Positions 31,101-43,319 of a stretch of DNA of 64,000 bases are shown in pieces (the stretch's first letter is position 1; each line of letters starts with the position of its first letter). A program made the position numbers and the translations under genes. Origin of the DNA: Macrostomum lignano (lineage: Eukaryota); NCBI GenBank assembly GCA_002269645.1, contig NIVC01001723.1:1-64000 (forward strand), read 5' to 3'. The notes under the pieces were generated by a model. It did no database searches, was not told where the DNA came from, and saw nothing but the letters and a program-made list of their open reading frames with translations.

Positions 31101-34100
31101 CTCCAGTGTCGGCTGATCTCTCGTCCGTCAAAAAATCCGAAGCAGTGTATGCTCGGAATGTAGTCATTCGAGTCTTCAGGTCTGCGACCATCGGTTCTTT
31201 CCCGGCAGACAATGATTCCTCCATCCTTCTCCTTCTTGAGTACGGCAATGTTGTGAGCAAAGTCACCAAGAAGACGCAGTCTGTCCATTGCCATGTTGTA
31301 ACCTGTAATAAGGAGGTGTATGGATTGACAGGATTAGGAAAGGAGGAAGATAGTCACTTCTTGTACTCGTATTTCCAGTGAATATTTTAACCCCTTAAAG
31401 TTGAAATTTACGAGCATTTACTTTCGAGAAAATATGCGTAATTTAATACAAAAGCATAATCATATATACATCGGAATTTAAGAGAACTATAGCAGCTAAA
31501 AAGACGTTTAGTTTATCTATATAGAAAACACAACGAGTCTTAAGAGCATGAATTACGCGACTGTTACCTGGTCAGTGAATCTTGTTTGTCAGACAGGAAA
31601 ACAAACAAGATAACAAACAGGATAACACGATGTTTCCCTGCAGGATTCGCATGAATTACCCGACTGTTACCTGGTCAGTGAATCTTGTTTGTCAGACCTA
31701 GGATAACAAACAAGATAACAAACAGGATAACATGATGTTTCCCTGCAGGATTCGCATGAATTACCTGACTGTTACCTGATCAGTGAATCCTATTTGAATC
31801 TTGTTTGAAGCAAGGAAACGTAAGATTTCGTCTCGCAAACAGGATTCATACAAGATAAACATTTTGCATAACCGGAATAGAGCATGTTATCTTGTTTGAG
31901 CGAATGTTATCTTGTGGTGTTATCTGGTTTATTTACCAGAGGGTTACCTTCAGAATTTGCTACATGTGAAAGAGCTCGCTGTACATCTAGTTCAGAGCCA
32001 TGAACATGAGTAGTATGCCGACGGATTTTCGACAACAACTGGTTGCAGAAAAAAGCAGTTATGGCGCTTCTTCTCGAAAGAGCGAACTACTGGCTTCATA
32101 GCAGCCGGATACTCTTCATTACTGCAAGCATAAACAAAATCTTTTAGCGAAGGATGCAAATCACTATCGAAGTAAGACAATGGATGAAGCTCGATATCAC
32201 TAAATCAATAATACTCTCAGCCTCTGAGACGTCAGCTACGCTACATTCAGCCGTGAAGTATCCGTCCATACATTTTTCTGAAATTCTGCAATTAAAAAAT
32301 GCCTCGGTATCACTATCATCTTCGTCCGTCGCATCCAAATCAACCTTCTGCGTTCAACTACTGCAACAAGGACGAGATGGCGCACATCTAGCAGAAATGG
32401 GCGGACTTCGACGGGAATATGATGCGGCATTTCCACAATTAGCAACGAATTTCTAAGTCGGTCTTTGGTCATCAACGCCGCTCTTAGTCGGTCTCTGGCT
32501 ATCAGAGCCGATCTTAGTCGGTCTCTGGCTATCAGAGCCGATCTTAGTCGGTCTCTGGCTATCAGAGCCGCTCTTAGTCGGTCTCTAACTATCAGAGCCG
32601 ATCTTAGTCGGTCTCTGGCTATCAGCGCCGCTCCTAGTCGGTCTCTGGCTATCAGAGCCGCTCTTAGTCGGTCTCTGGCTATCAGAGCCGCTCTTAGTCG
32701 GTCTCTAACTATCAGCGCCGCTCCTAGTCGGTCTCTGGCTATCAGAGCCGCTCTTAGTCGGTCTCTGGCTATCAGAGCCGATCTTAGTCGGTTTCTGGCT
32801 ATCAGAGCCGCTCTTAGTCGGTCTCTAACTATCAGAGCCGATCTTAGTCGGTCTCTGGCTATCAGAGCCGCTCTTAGTCGGTCTCTGGCTATCAGCGCCG
32901 ATCTTAGTCGGTCGCCGTTTGTCAGAAAGATGTTTGGAGGCAAGCATACCGGACGCTTTCTTCATAAATTTCTCTTCACTAGTTCGTAGATTAATGGCTT
33001 TGAGCGCTTCGGCCTTGCTCACGTTTTTTACTGATCGAAATGGCAGTCTTCGGCTCAGCCTCAGCATCGTCTTGGAGATCCGAAGAGGCCGCTGCTACCA
33101 TCGGGACCGTGACGTCGCTTGTCATCTATGGAGAAAGTACAGTTTGTCAGGGTTGTCAGTCAGAACGTGAACGCGTACATACATTGCTGGCAGCTTCGGA
33201 AGGGTTTAGGTGGACCCACCCTAACACTTTCTCTACCCATTTAGACTCATTAGACAACATACACTCCTTGACAGTGTAGAGAGGGTTTTGCTGGACTCAC
33301 CCCAATACCCAGTTGGACTTATCAGTCAACATAGACTCTTTACTGTAGAGAGGGTTTAGCTGGACCCACCCCAACACTTTTCTGAACCCATTTTCATTTA
33401 TCAGCCAACATACACTCCTGACAGTGTATACAGGGTTTAGCTGGACCCACCCAACACTTTTCTAAACCCAGTTTCATTTATCAGCCAACATACACTCCTG
33501 ACAGTGTATACAGGGTTTAGCTGGACCCACCCAACACTTTTCTAAACCCAGTTTCATTTATCAGCCAACATAAACTCCTGATAGTGTAGACAGGGTTTAC
33601 ATGTCTGTCTGTCTGTCTGTCTGTGGGTTCGGACCCACCCAACACTTTTCTAAACCCAGTTAGACTTGTCTGCTAACATATTCCTGACAGTGTAGAGAGG
33701 GCTTAGCTGCTAGAAATTCGCATTTTCCTACCTTTTTCTCGTTTTTTCCTTTGCAGCATTTTTTAAAGCATTTTTCTGTAAAGTTAATAAGGGTAGGTTT
33801 TGTGAGCGATTTTATAAATATCTTTAGCTTATAGATCCTTTAAATGTGAAACAGAACTCACCACAAGTCGAGTGCTTAGATTGCAGTACTGCCGGGGGTA
33901 TGTCTCTTTTCGGTTCCCAAGTATTGCTCATGCTAGAATATTAAATACTAGCTGTGATTTTTTACTTAAAACTGACTTATGAAATACACTTGCAATAGCA
34001 GAATAGTGATGCGTCTCGAAACTTACCTTGAATATCTCTTCCACTTTACAAAGACCTTCTTTGCGGTGCACTTCACAATGCGCTCCACATAGTACGCTTT

Positions 34101-36064
34101 AGCCGTATTGGCGTGAATTTTTAAATTGCTGTTCGGCATTGCGTAGTTTGGAGCATACGCTGTACAATGATGTACCTACGTACAACAATAGGATATACTC
34201 AGTCTATGTAGCAGCTTTTGTAATCCAAGCGTATATTGGATAAATAAGAAAAAGTATCAACACGAAGCCGATGCCAAGGAAGCATTGGGAAAATTGTCTT
34301 GTTTTTCTGGCTCTATTTATAAGATGGTTTATCTGGACCCCGAATTAATTCTGCCTCATCTTTCTCCTGGACCAATAGGATTCGCTCGGGATGGTGTGGG
34401 TGAATGGGGGACTGCACATAAGGGAAGGGCCTGGCCTTAGCCCGTACATCTTCCACTCTTCAGTTTCGATTTGCTCGCCATGAGTGTATGTGGTTTAGCT
34501 GGACCCTAACTTTATTGAACCTTAAGAACCAGTAAAATCATTTGGGGAAGGGTTAGGGGTCAAGTTCGATGGAGTGGAGAGTTAGGTTTTAACACAAACC
34601 CTCAGTCATGTTGCTCTATATAGATATATACTCATATATATATATAGCATGTATGTATATATGTATTGATGTATACATGATGTATTGATGTATACATCAA
34701 TATACGTATCTCGTAGACAGGATACGGAGTGAGTGATCTTGGTTTCCGTTCTCTTATTTGAATAGATAATTGAAGTTTTTGAAGGACACCATTCAAATCA
34801 GGAATAATCAGAAATAAGCTACGAATGGAGGCATCCCGTCCAGTAGCAACAATTAATGCTAATCCCCTATTTGACGCCAGCATGGCTAACAGCAACACAT
34901 ATTTCTAAACTATACATAAATTCTGCAGTTCCATTGATCTATATTGGTTCTATAGCATAAAAATACTTTTCCCACGTTCTATTTCCAAAGCACTATATCA
35001 CAAAAAAAATTTAATAAAACTTTATTTGACTTACAAAGTGTCTGTTAAACATACGCTTTGTATGTCTATTTTTATATGTCTTCGGGTTAAGTGGACCTCA
35101 GCCACGTAATTTACATAGACTATGTAAAAAGTCCACGTAAACTGAAATGCTTATAATTTCGATACGCTAATACTTCCAGTAGTAAATTTTCACACACAGT
35201 GTCAATACAATACAGAATCAACAAAAGAACTGAAAGCTTCGAAACCTAGATTAAAAAAAAGAAAAAAAAGAAAGAACTGAAACCTAGATTATAAAATACG
35301 TGGATATCTTGCTGTTTTCAATACTACTCATAGTAATTATGATACTAATCAGCATTCTGTTAACGCACTTTCCCTGACTTCAGGTGCCAATTATTAAGTT
35401 TCGCGACACTGTCAGTCAACTAGACTGCGACCTGAACATCAACAATCCCATCGGTATTTACAACACGCACCTCATGGCCGCATACGCCAAATGCGACTGG
35501 CGCGTCCGGCCCCTTGTGATGTTCGTGAAGCTGTGGGCGCAGTCGCTGGGGGTGCAGGACGCCAGTCAGGGCCGGCTGTCAAGCTACAGTCTGGCACTGA
35601 TGACAGTGCAGTACCTGCAGGCTGGCTGCAGTCCCCCTGTGCTGTACAGTCTGCAGTCCTTGTATCCTCAGGTGTTCGACTACAACAGGCCGTACACAGA
35701 GATTGACATGCGAGTGCAGTTGCCATGGGAGGAGTTGAGGTCGCAGAACTGCCAGAATTTGGGCCAACTGTTTTCCGGATTCGTGCAGTACTATTCGGAA
35801 TTCGACTGGCGCGGCTTCAGCGTGAGCGTGAGGCTGGGCAAGCCGCTGCCAATCCAGCTGGCATACAGACTGGTGCCTGCTCAAGAGCTGCAGGGTGCTA
35901 TGAAATTTAAGATCTACATCGAGGAGCCGTTCTCCCTGACCAACGCTGCCAGATCCGTCCACAGAGACGAAGTGTTCGCCCAGATTCAGCGAGCGTTTCG
36001 CGTCACCGCCCAGTCGTTGCGCAATCAGCGCAGCCTCTCCGACATCTTGAATAATCCAGTGTGA
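27070..36064 (+). CDS. TENT2: GLD-2/TENT2 cytoplasmic poly(A) polymerase, copy A
   Basis: Exons 27070-27759 and 35384-36064 (IHAK|VPIIKF, phase 0, 7.6-kb intron). Motifs GSSLNGFG..TDLDLCL, DCDLNINN, RVRPLV, LSSYSLALM and IYIEEPF..TNAARSV. Confidence 0.9.
28042..28128. repeat. (CAGA)n microsatellite
   Basis: Direct reading. Confidence 0.95.
28820..29550. repeat. 66-bp tandem repeat (with 83-bp variants) within the recombinase element's 3' coding region
   Basis: The 66-bp units read LSLKENENPVQQSDELDHLCAP on the minus strand. Confidence 0.9.
29761..29932. mobile_element. 172-bp palindromic MITE with 8-bp TSD (hAT-like)
   Basis: TSD ACCTTGAT at 29753-29760 and 29933-29940; CAT...ATG ends; 63-bp inverted arms with 2 mismatches; central AGTCACGTGACT. 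Confidence 0.9.
32455..32912. repeat. 30-bp tandem repeat, about 15 copies, inside the recombinase element's 5' coding region
   Basis: CTCTTAGTCGGTCTCTGGCTATCAGAGCCG units. Confidence 0.95.
33061..34139 (-). CDS. Spliced chromodomain ORF (82 aa as it stands), directly upstream of and co-oriented with the recombinase relic
   Basis: Exons 34139-34027 (AG|GTAAGT), 33932-33862 (CTAG|, G|GTGAGT) and 33125-33061 (CATAG|), phase-compatible. Translation contains AYYVERIVKCTAKKVFVKWKRYSSMSNTWEPKRDIP. Confidence 0.65.
33205..33700. repeat. Degenerate ~80-100-bp tandem repeat (GGGTTTAGCTGGACCCACCCAACACTTTTC...) in the second chromodomain intron
   Basis: Five to six related copies. Confidence 0.8.
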
Positions 36065-36373
36065 ATTGTGAAGTCCAGTGTAACAAATACGTACCAGTTG
36101 GGATAATTGATCAGATGCATTTTATTGTGTAAATTCTTTTAATTACTTTGTGAATAAATGGATACCCTGCATTGACTTATTTTCGAAGCCTTCGTTTTTT
36201 CTTGAGTCTTGAATTTATGGCTTTTTACTAGTACATGACGCAGTTACTTGTTACAACGCTCGTATACCAGCTAATTTTTTTTTATAAATTATGTAGCCAT
36301 TTGCAAATAGAACATTATGAGCAGTGCACAAGTTTATTGAACCTGTGAAGCTCGTCCGTGTTCTCTGTAGTAA

Positions 36374-37372
36374 TGACTCTCAGATTATTACTGCTGTGAC
36401 TCTCAGATGCTTACTGCTGTGACTCTCAGATTATTACTGCTGTGACTCTCAGATTCTTACTGCTGTGACTCTCAGATTATTACTGCTGTGACTCTCAGAT
36501 TCTTACTGCTGTGACTCTCAGATTATTACTGCTGTGACTCTCAGATTCTTACTGCTGTGACTCTCAGATTATTACTGCTGTGACTCTCAGATTATTACTG
36601 TTGTGACTCTCAGATTATTACTGTTGTGACTCTCAGATTATTACTGTTGTGACTCTCAGATTCTTACTGCTGTGACTCTCAGATTATTACTGCTGTGACT
36701 CTCAGATTATTACTGCTGTGACTCTCAGATTATTACTGTTGTGACTCTCAGATTATTACTGTTGTGACTCTCAGATTATTACTGCTGTGACTCTCAGATG
36801 CTTACTGCTGTGACTCTCAGATTATTACTGCTGTGACTCTCAGATGCTTACTGCTGTGACTCTCAGATGCTTACTGCTGTGACTCTCAGATGCTTACTGC
36901 TGTGACTCTCAGATGCTTACTGTTGTGACCTGTGACTCTCAGATGCTTACTGTTGTGACTCTTAGATGCTTACTGCTGTGACTCTCAGATGCTTACTGTT
37001 GTGACCTGTGACTCTCAGATGCTTACTGTTGTGACTCTCAGATGCTTACTGCTGTGACTCTCAGATGATTACTGTTGTGACTCTCAGATGCTTACTGTTG
37101 TGACTCTCAGATTATTACTGTTGTGACTCTCAGATTATTACTGTTGTGACTCTCAGATTATTACTGCTGTGACTCTCAGATGCTTACTGCTGTGACTCTC
37201 ATCTTTGATCTCTCAGATGCTTACTGTTGTGACTCTCAGATGCTTACTGCTGTGACTCTCAGATGCTTACTGTTGTGACCTGTGACTCAGATGCTTACTG
37301 CTGTGACTCTCAGATGATTACTGCTGTGACTCTCAGATGCTTACTGCTGTGACTCTCAGATGCTTACTGTTG
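36374..37372. repeat. 23-bp minisatellite GTGACTCTCAGATTATTACTGCT between the GLD-2 copies
   Basis: Tandem periodicity. Confidence 0.95.
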
Positions 37373-37564
37373 TTAATTTTAGGTGTGCACTGCTGTCATT
37401 ATTAACTTTATTGCTTTTTGGTCTCAAAGATACCAATGGCCCCTAGTGCTTATAAGCAAAACTATTCACGCGTACAAGCGAGTTGAAAATCAACACAGTT
37501 CTTTACATGGAGTAAATTTTACCCAGTTTGTGCACCGCATTGCAGCCAGCCAGCTGGCCACCAG

Positions 37565-40500
37565 ATGCAGGGCTACGAGCAGACGCTGGCGCTTAGCCAT
37601 TACTACGCTTGGAACTCCTTGGCTGACCTGCTGGGCCGGCAGCCGACCATCACCACAGCTGGTAGCGGCGGCGGCGCCGGCGGAGCTCCTGGCAGCGGCG
37701 GCGCCGGATTCGGCGGCTTTGGCGGCGGCAACCGCCAGCGGCCGGGCCGGGGGGCATCGTTTGGCCGGTTCTACGGCGGCGGCGGGCCGAAACGCGGCGG
37801 CTTCGGGCCCGGCTTTGGCAGCGGCAGGCCCGGCGGCAGTTCTTTGCGATTCCACAGCGCCGGCGGAGGCGGCGCGAGACAGTCTATGGAAATACCGCCG
37901 CCGCCGCCGCCACCACCACCGCCTCAGCAGCAACCCAACGGGGTGAGTGTGGCGGCAGGCATAGCTGGATCCCATAGTCGATCGTTTTTATGCTTTTTCG
38001 CCAGCCTATTTGACCCACGAGACCACCATTGACCTTTATTTCATCCACCGACCGTCTTTAACCTACGACCAAGGTCTTTGACCCACCATTTACGGTCTTT
38101 GACCCACCACCGACGGTTTCTGACTCACCACTGAGGTCTTTGACCCACCGCCGACACTTTGACCCACCGCCGACACTTTGACCCACCGCCGACACTTTGA
38201 CCCATTGCCGACACTTTGACCCACCGCCGACGGTTTCTGACTCGCCACTGAGGTCTTTGACCCACCGTCGACACTTTGACCCGCCACCGAATCTCTTTGA
38301 CCCGCCACCGACACTTTGACCTGCCACCGACTCTCTTTGACCCACCACCGATGCTTTGACCCGCCACCGACACTTTGACCCGGCACCGACACTTTGACTC
38401 GTCACCGACACTTTGACCCGCCACCGATGCTTTGACCCGCCACCGACACTTTGACCCACCACCGATGCTTTGACCCGTCACCGACACTTTGACCCGCCGC
38501 CGATACTTTGACCCACCGCCGACTATCTTTGACCCATTGCCGACACTTTGACCCGCCACTGATGCTTTGACCCGCCACCGACACTTTGACCCGCCACCGA
38601 CTCTCTTTGACCCACCGCCGATACTTTGACCCACCACTGACTCTCTTTGACCCACCGCCGACACTTTGACCCATCACCGACATTTGGACCCACCATTGAG
38701 TTCTTTGACCCATCACCGTTACTTGGACCCACCATTGAGTTCTTTGACCCATCACCGACACTTTGACCCACCGCCGACACTTTGACCCATCGCCGACACT
38801 TTGATCCACAATTGAGCTCCTTAACCCACAGCTGACTCTCTTTGACCTGCCGCCGATACTTTGACCCACCACCGACACTTTGACCCACCACCGATGCTTT
38901 GACCCGCCACCGACACTTTGACCCGCCACCGACTCTTTGACCCGCCACCAACACTTAGACCCGCCACCGACACTTTGACCCAACACCGACTCTCTTTGAC
39001 CCGCCACCGACACTTTGACCCACCACCGATGCTTTGACCCGCCACCGACACTTTGACCCGCCACCGACACTTTGACTCGTCACCGACACTTTGACCCGCC
39101 ACCGATGCTTTGACTCGCCACCGACACTTTGACCCACCACCGATGCTTTGACCCGCCACCGACACTTTGACCCGCCACCGACACTTTGACCCATCGCCGA
39201 CACTTTGATCCACAATTGAGTTCCTTAACCCACCGCTGACTCTCTTTGACCCGCCACCGACACTTTGACCCGCCACCAACACTTTGACCCGCCACCGACA
39301 CTTTGACCTGCCACCGACTCTCTTTGACCCGCCACCGACACTTTGACCCGCCACCGACACTTTGACCTGTCACCGACTCTCTTTGACCCGCCGCCGATAC
39401 TTTGACCCACCGCTGACTCTCTTTGACCCGCCACCGACACTTTGATCCTTTGATCCACCACCAGCACTTTGATCCACCACCGACACTTTGACCTGCCACT
39501 GACTCTCTTTGACCCGCCACCGATACTTTGACCCACCGCTGACTCTCTTTGACCCGCCACCGACACTTTGATCCACCACCGACACTTTGACCCGCCACCG
39601 ACACTTTGATCCACCACCGACACTTTGACCCGCCACCGACACTTTGATCCACCACCGACACTTTGACCCGCCACCGACACTTTGACCTGCCACCGACTCT
39701 CTTTGACCCGCCGCTGATACTTTGACCCACCGCTGACTCTCTTTGACCCGCCACCGACACTTTGATCCACCACCGACACTTTGACCCGCCACCGACACTT
39801 TGACCCGCCACCGACACTTTGACCTGCCACCGACTCTCTTTGACCCGCCGCTGATACTTTGACCCACCGCTGACTCTCTTTGACCCGCCACCGACACTTT
39901 GATCCACCACCGACACTTTGATCCACCACCGACACTTTGACCGCCACCGACACTTTGACCCGCCACCGACACTTTGACCTGCCACCGACTCTCTTTGACC
40001 CGCCGCTGATACTTTGACCCACCGCTGACTCTCTTTGACCCGCCACCGACACTTTGATCCACCACCGACACTTTGACCCGCCACCGACACTTTGACCTGC
40101 CACCGACTCTCTTTGACCCGCCGCCGATACTTTGACCCACCACCGATGCTTTGACCCGCCACCGACACTTTGATCCACCACCGACACTTTGACCGCCACC
40201 GACACTTTGATCCAAAATTGAGTTCATTAACCCACCGTCGACTCTATTTGACCCACCGCAGTTGCCTCCCCAGGCGCCCCAGCTGCCGCCGCCAGCTACC
40301 CTATCATCCTCGCCAGCGGATTCGATGGCGGCCTACGCCGAATGGAACTCTGGCCGAATCTGGCAGCTATTTGTTGAGAAACGCCAAACCGACGCCACCT
40401 ACGAGAGGAAGCTGATGCTCAGAGACGCCCTGCTGTCAGTTGTGTCCGCTTCGTTTCACTCGGCCGGCCTGTTTATTGTGGGCTCGTCTATGAATGGATT

Positions 40501-42008
40501 TGGCACCGATTGGGCCGACTTGGACCTGTGCCTGACCATCAATGACCGCGAGCTGGACCAGAAGCGGGACCAAGTGTTGAATCATTTGAAACGGCCACTG
40601 TGCCAGTGCCGCTTCATCACTAATATTGAGCTGATTCGAGCTAAGGTGCGTCAATTAAATCGCTGTCTGATATGGAGACCCTTTTTTATCAAGTTTAGTT
40701 CTATGTTCAGCATCTGGTCATTGGGTTTTGCTATATGGTCAGCACCTGCTAATTAGGTTTAGTTCTATTGTCAGCACCTGCTAATTAGGTTTAGTTCTAT
40801 GCTCAGCACCTGCTAATTACATTCAGTTCTATGCTCAGCACCTGCTAATTACATTCAGTTCTATGCTCAGCACCTGCTAATTACATTCAGTTCTATGCTC
40901 AGCACCTGCTAATTACATTCAGTTCTATGCTCAGCACCTGCTAATTAGGTTCAGTTATATGCTCAGCACCTGCTAATTACATTCAGTTCTATGCTCAGCA
41001 CCTGCTAATTACATTCAGTTCTATGCTCAGCACCTGCTAATTACATTCAGTTCTATGCTCAGCACCTGCTAATTACATTCAGTTCTATGCTCAGCACCTG
41101 CTAATTAGGTTCAGTTATATGCTCAGCACCTGCTAATTACATTCAGTTCTATGTTCAGCACCTGGTTAATGGGTTAACAACAAGTTTAGCAACTGGTCAT
41201 AGGTTAATGAGGTTCGGTGCTTATCTTTAAGCTGTCACAGTCTAATGCCTTAATAAAACTATTAAGATCAAGAGCTTGCAACTGCAGTCTACATCCCAAA
41301 AAAAACAAAAATCCTCAGGTCTCTATTTTGAAGTTTCACGACACAAAGACCGGTCTAGACTGCGACCTGAACATCAACAATCCCATCGGTATTTACAACA
41401 CGCACCTCATGGCCGCATACGCCAAATGCGACTGGCGCGTCCGGCCCCTTGTGATGTTCGTGAAGCTGTGGGCGCAGTCGCTGGGGGTGCAGGACGCCAG
41501 TCAGGGCCGGTTGTCAAGCTACAGTCTGGCACTGATGACAGTGCAGTACCTGCAGGCTGGCTGCAGTCCCCCTGTGCTGTACAGTCTGCAGTCCTTGTAT
41601 CCTCAGGTGTTCGACTACAACAGGCCGTACACAGAGATTGACATGCGAGTGCAGTTGCCATGGGAGGAGTTGAGGTCACAGAACTGCCAGAATTTGGGCC
41701 AACTGTTTTCCGGATTCGTGCAGTACTATTCGGAATTCGACTGGCGCGGCTTCAGCGTGAGCGTGAGGCTGGGCAAGCCGCTGCCAATCCAGCTGGCACT
41801 GAAGCTGATTCCAGCTCACGAACAGCTGCTCACCGCCAACAGCTACAAGATCTACGTGGAGGAGCCGTTCTCCCTGACCAACGCTGCCAGATCCGTCCAC
41901 AGCGACGAAGTGTTCGCCCAGATTCAGCGAGCTTTTCGCGTCACCGCCCAGTCGTTGCGCAATCAGCGCAGCCTCTCCGACATCTTGAGTAATTCGAGCC
42001 AGGCCTGA
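37565..42008 (+). CDS. TENT2: GLD-2/TENT2 cytoplasmic poly(A) polymerase, copy B
   Basis: Exons 37565-37942, 40262-40645 and 41319-42008, all phase 0. GSSMNGFG..ADLDLCL and DCDLNINN are intact, and the intron position (IRAK|V) is the same as in copy A. The start codon is uncertain. Confidence 0.88.
38080..40255. repeat. Complex 19-bp-based minisatellite CTTTGACCCGCCACCGACA, GLD-2B intron 1
   Basis: Tandem periodicity; the many minus-strand ORFs are artefacts. Confidence 0.95.
40738..41165. repeat. 32-bp minisatellite CAGCACCTGCTAATTACATTCAGTTCTATGCT, GLD-2B intron 2
   Basis: About 13 copies. Confidence 0.95.
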
Positions 42009-42924
42009 GCTCGATACGATTGACTTTCTCTCGGAGAGCGGCTGTGTTTATTTTATTTTGAATTTATCAAGCGCTTTCAGTAAAACAGTTTTTTGTGCTG
42101 TTTCTGCATATACAGCGCAGGCTTTTCTATATTTAAGTTTTCTATTCTTTCATTTTATCTTTGATGAGTTCTCTTTTAGCAATGCTTTTATTTGAAGTTT
42201 TCACAAGTCTTTCCGTCTGAATTTAATTCAACTTTTTCTCAACATTTGCTTTCATTCTTCGTTTTCCATCTTAAGCCTACTTTTGTTATGAAAAAAAATG
42301 ACTCAAAAAAACAAAACTGCTCACCGAGGTACCGCCACATGTTTGCATTAGTTGTTTCGTCTTCCACAATAAGATCCGCTTCCGTACCCTGTACCAGTGC
42401 GCTGCCAGATGTGTGTAGTTTCTAATCCAGACTATGATAATAACTGCGACCTAGTTTCCTCGCTTCACAAACAGACTGACCCCCCATCAAATTGTCACGC
42501 AAAACCTCAAAGCTCAAACCTGTCGGAAAAAGATTGAACAATAAAACTTACTCTTACTGGAATTTTTTGCAACCCAGATCAAACCTGTGGTCCCTGTCTT
42601 GTTTTTATCCTGGTCTCGAATTTGATACAAGAAAATCTGTCACAAGTTTTCAAGCGACCGTGCCATGTCGTCTGCGAACTAATAATTAATGATTCATTTT
42701 TGTGTTCTCCGTAATAAAAATGGTAAGAAATCGCATTCTGCAATAACCTCACGGTTTTCTCATCCCAGAGAAATTCTGTGTTCTCTGTTTCATTTTTCCA
42801 CTTTGAATTTTTACTAGGGCTCTGTTTTAGTTGTAGGACTAGCAATCAGCCCCCCCCCCTGTTGGAGAGGCAACAAATGTTGGAATAATTTTTTAATTAA
42901 CTATATATGATGCTTCTGACCTCG

Positions 42925-43250
42925 CAGCCATGACATCTCAATCATCCCCCCTCCCTTAAGCCTTGACATCTCAGTCATTCCTCCTGTAAGCCTTGACATC
43001 TCAGTCATTCCTCCTGTAAGCCTTGACATCTCAGTCATTCCTCCCGTAAGCCTTGGCATCTCAACCATTCCCCCGTAAGCCTTGACATCTCAGTCATTCC
43101 CCCCCCCCTAAGCCTTGACATCTCAGTCATTTCCCCCCCCCTTAAGCCTTGACATCTCAGTCATTCCTCATGTAAGCCTTGACATCTCAACCAATTCTCC
43201 CTTAAGCCTTGACATCTCAGTCATCCCCCCCCCCCCCCCTAAGCCTTGAC
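42925..43250. repeat. ~30-bp repeat TAAGCCTTGACATCTCAGTCATTCC(C)n just upstream of PRPF38A
   Basis: About 10 copies ending some 70 bp before the ATG. Confidence 0.9.
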
Positions 43251-43319
43251 GTAGGCTCACGTAGGCTTAGGCTATACGTGAGTAGTATTAGCATCAAAAA
43301 GCACCGCATTGATGTCCGC

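Larger units (their letters stand above)
28525..33125 (-). mobile_element. Decayed intron-containing tyrosine-recombinase (Crypton-like) element, antisense inside the GLD-2A intron
   Basis: Minus-strand fragments: C(FF)C..KIRRH..VH near 32.0 kb (needs a frameshift); phase-1 intron 31947-31303; LRLLGDFAHN; box I-like LMIFNRRRPSE (30371-30394); VRGKR; TSTKLRKYVAT; WLSRHLDHSIKV|HYTFY; GKLMLAIEAG; C-terminal W..EEEAAF...KVPG...stop 28525. Contains several stops and frameshifts. Confidence 0.8.

Noticed and set aside
38058-40227. Stack of minus-strand VAGQSVGGGSK ORFs
   Set aside because: Intronic 19-bp minisatellite of GLD-2B.
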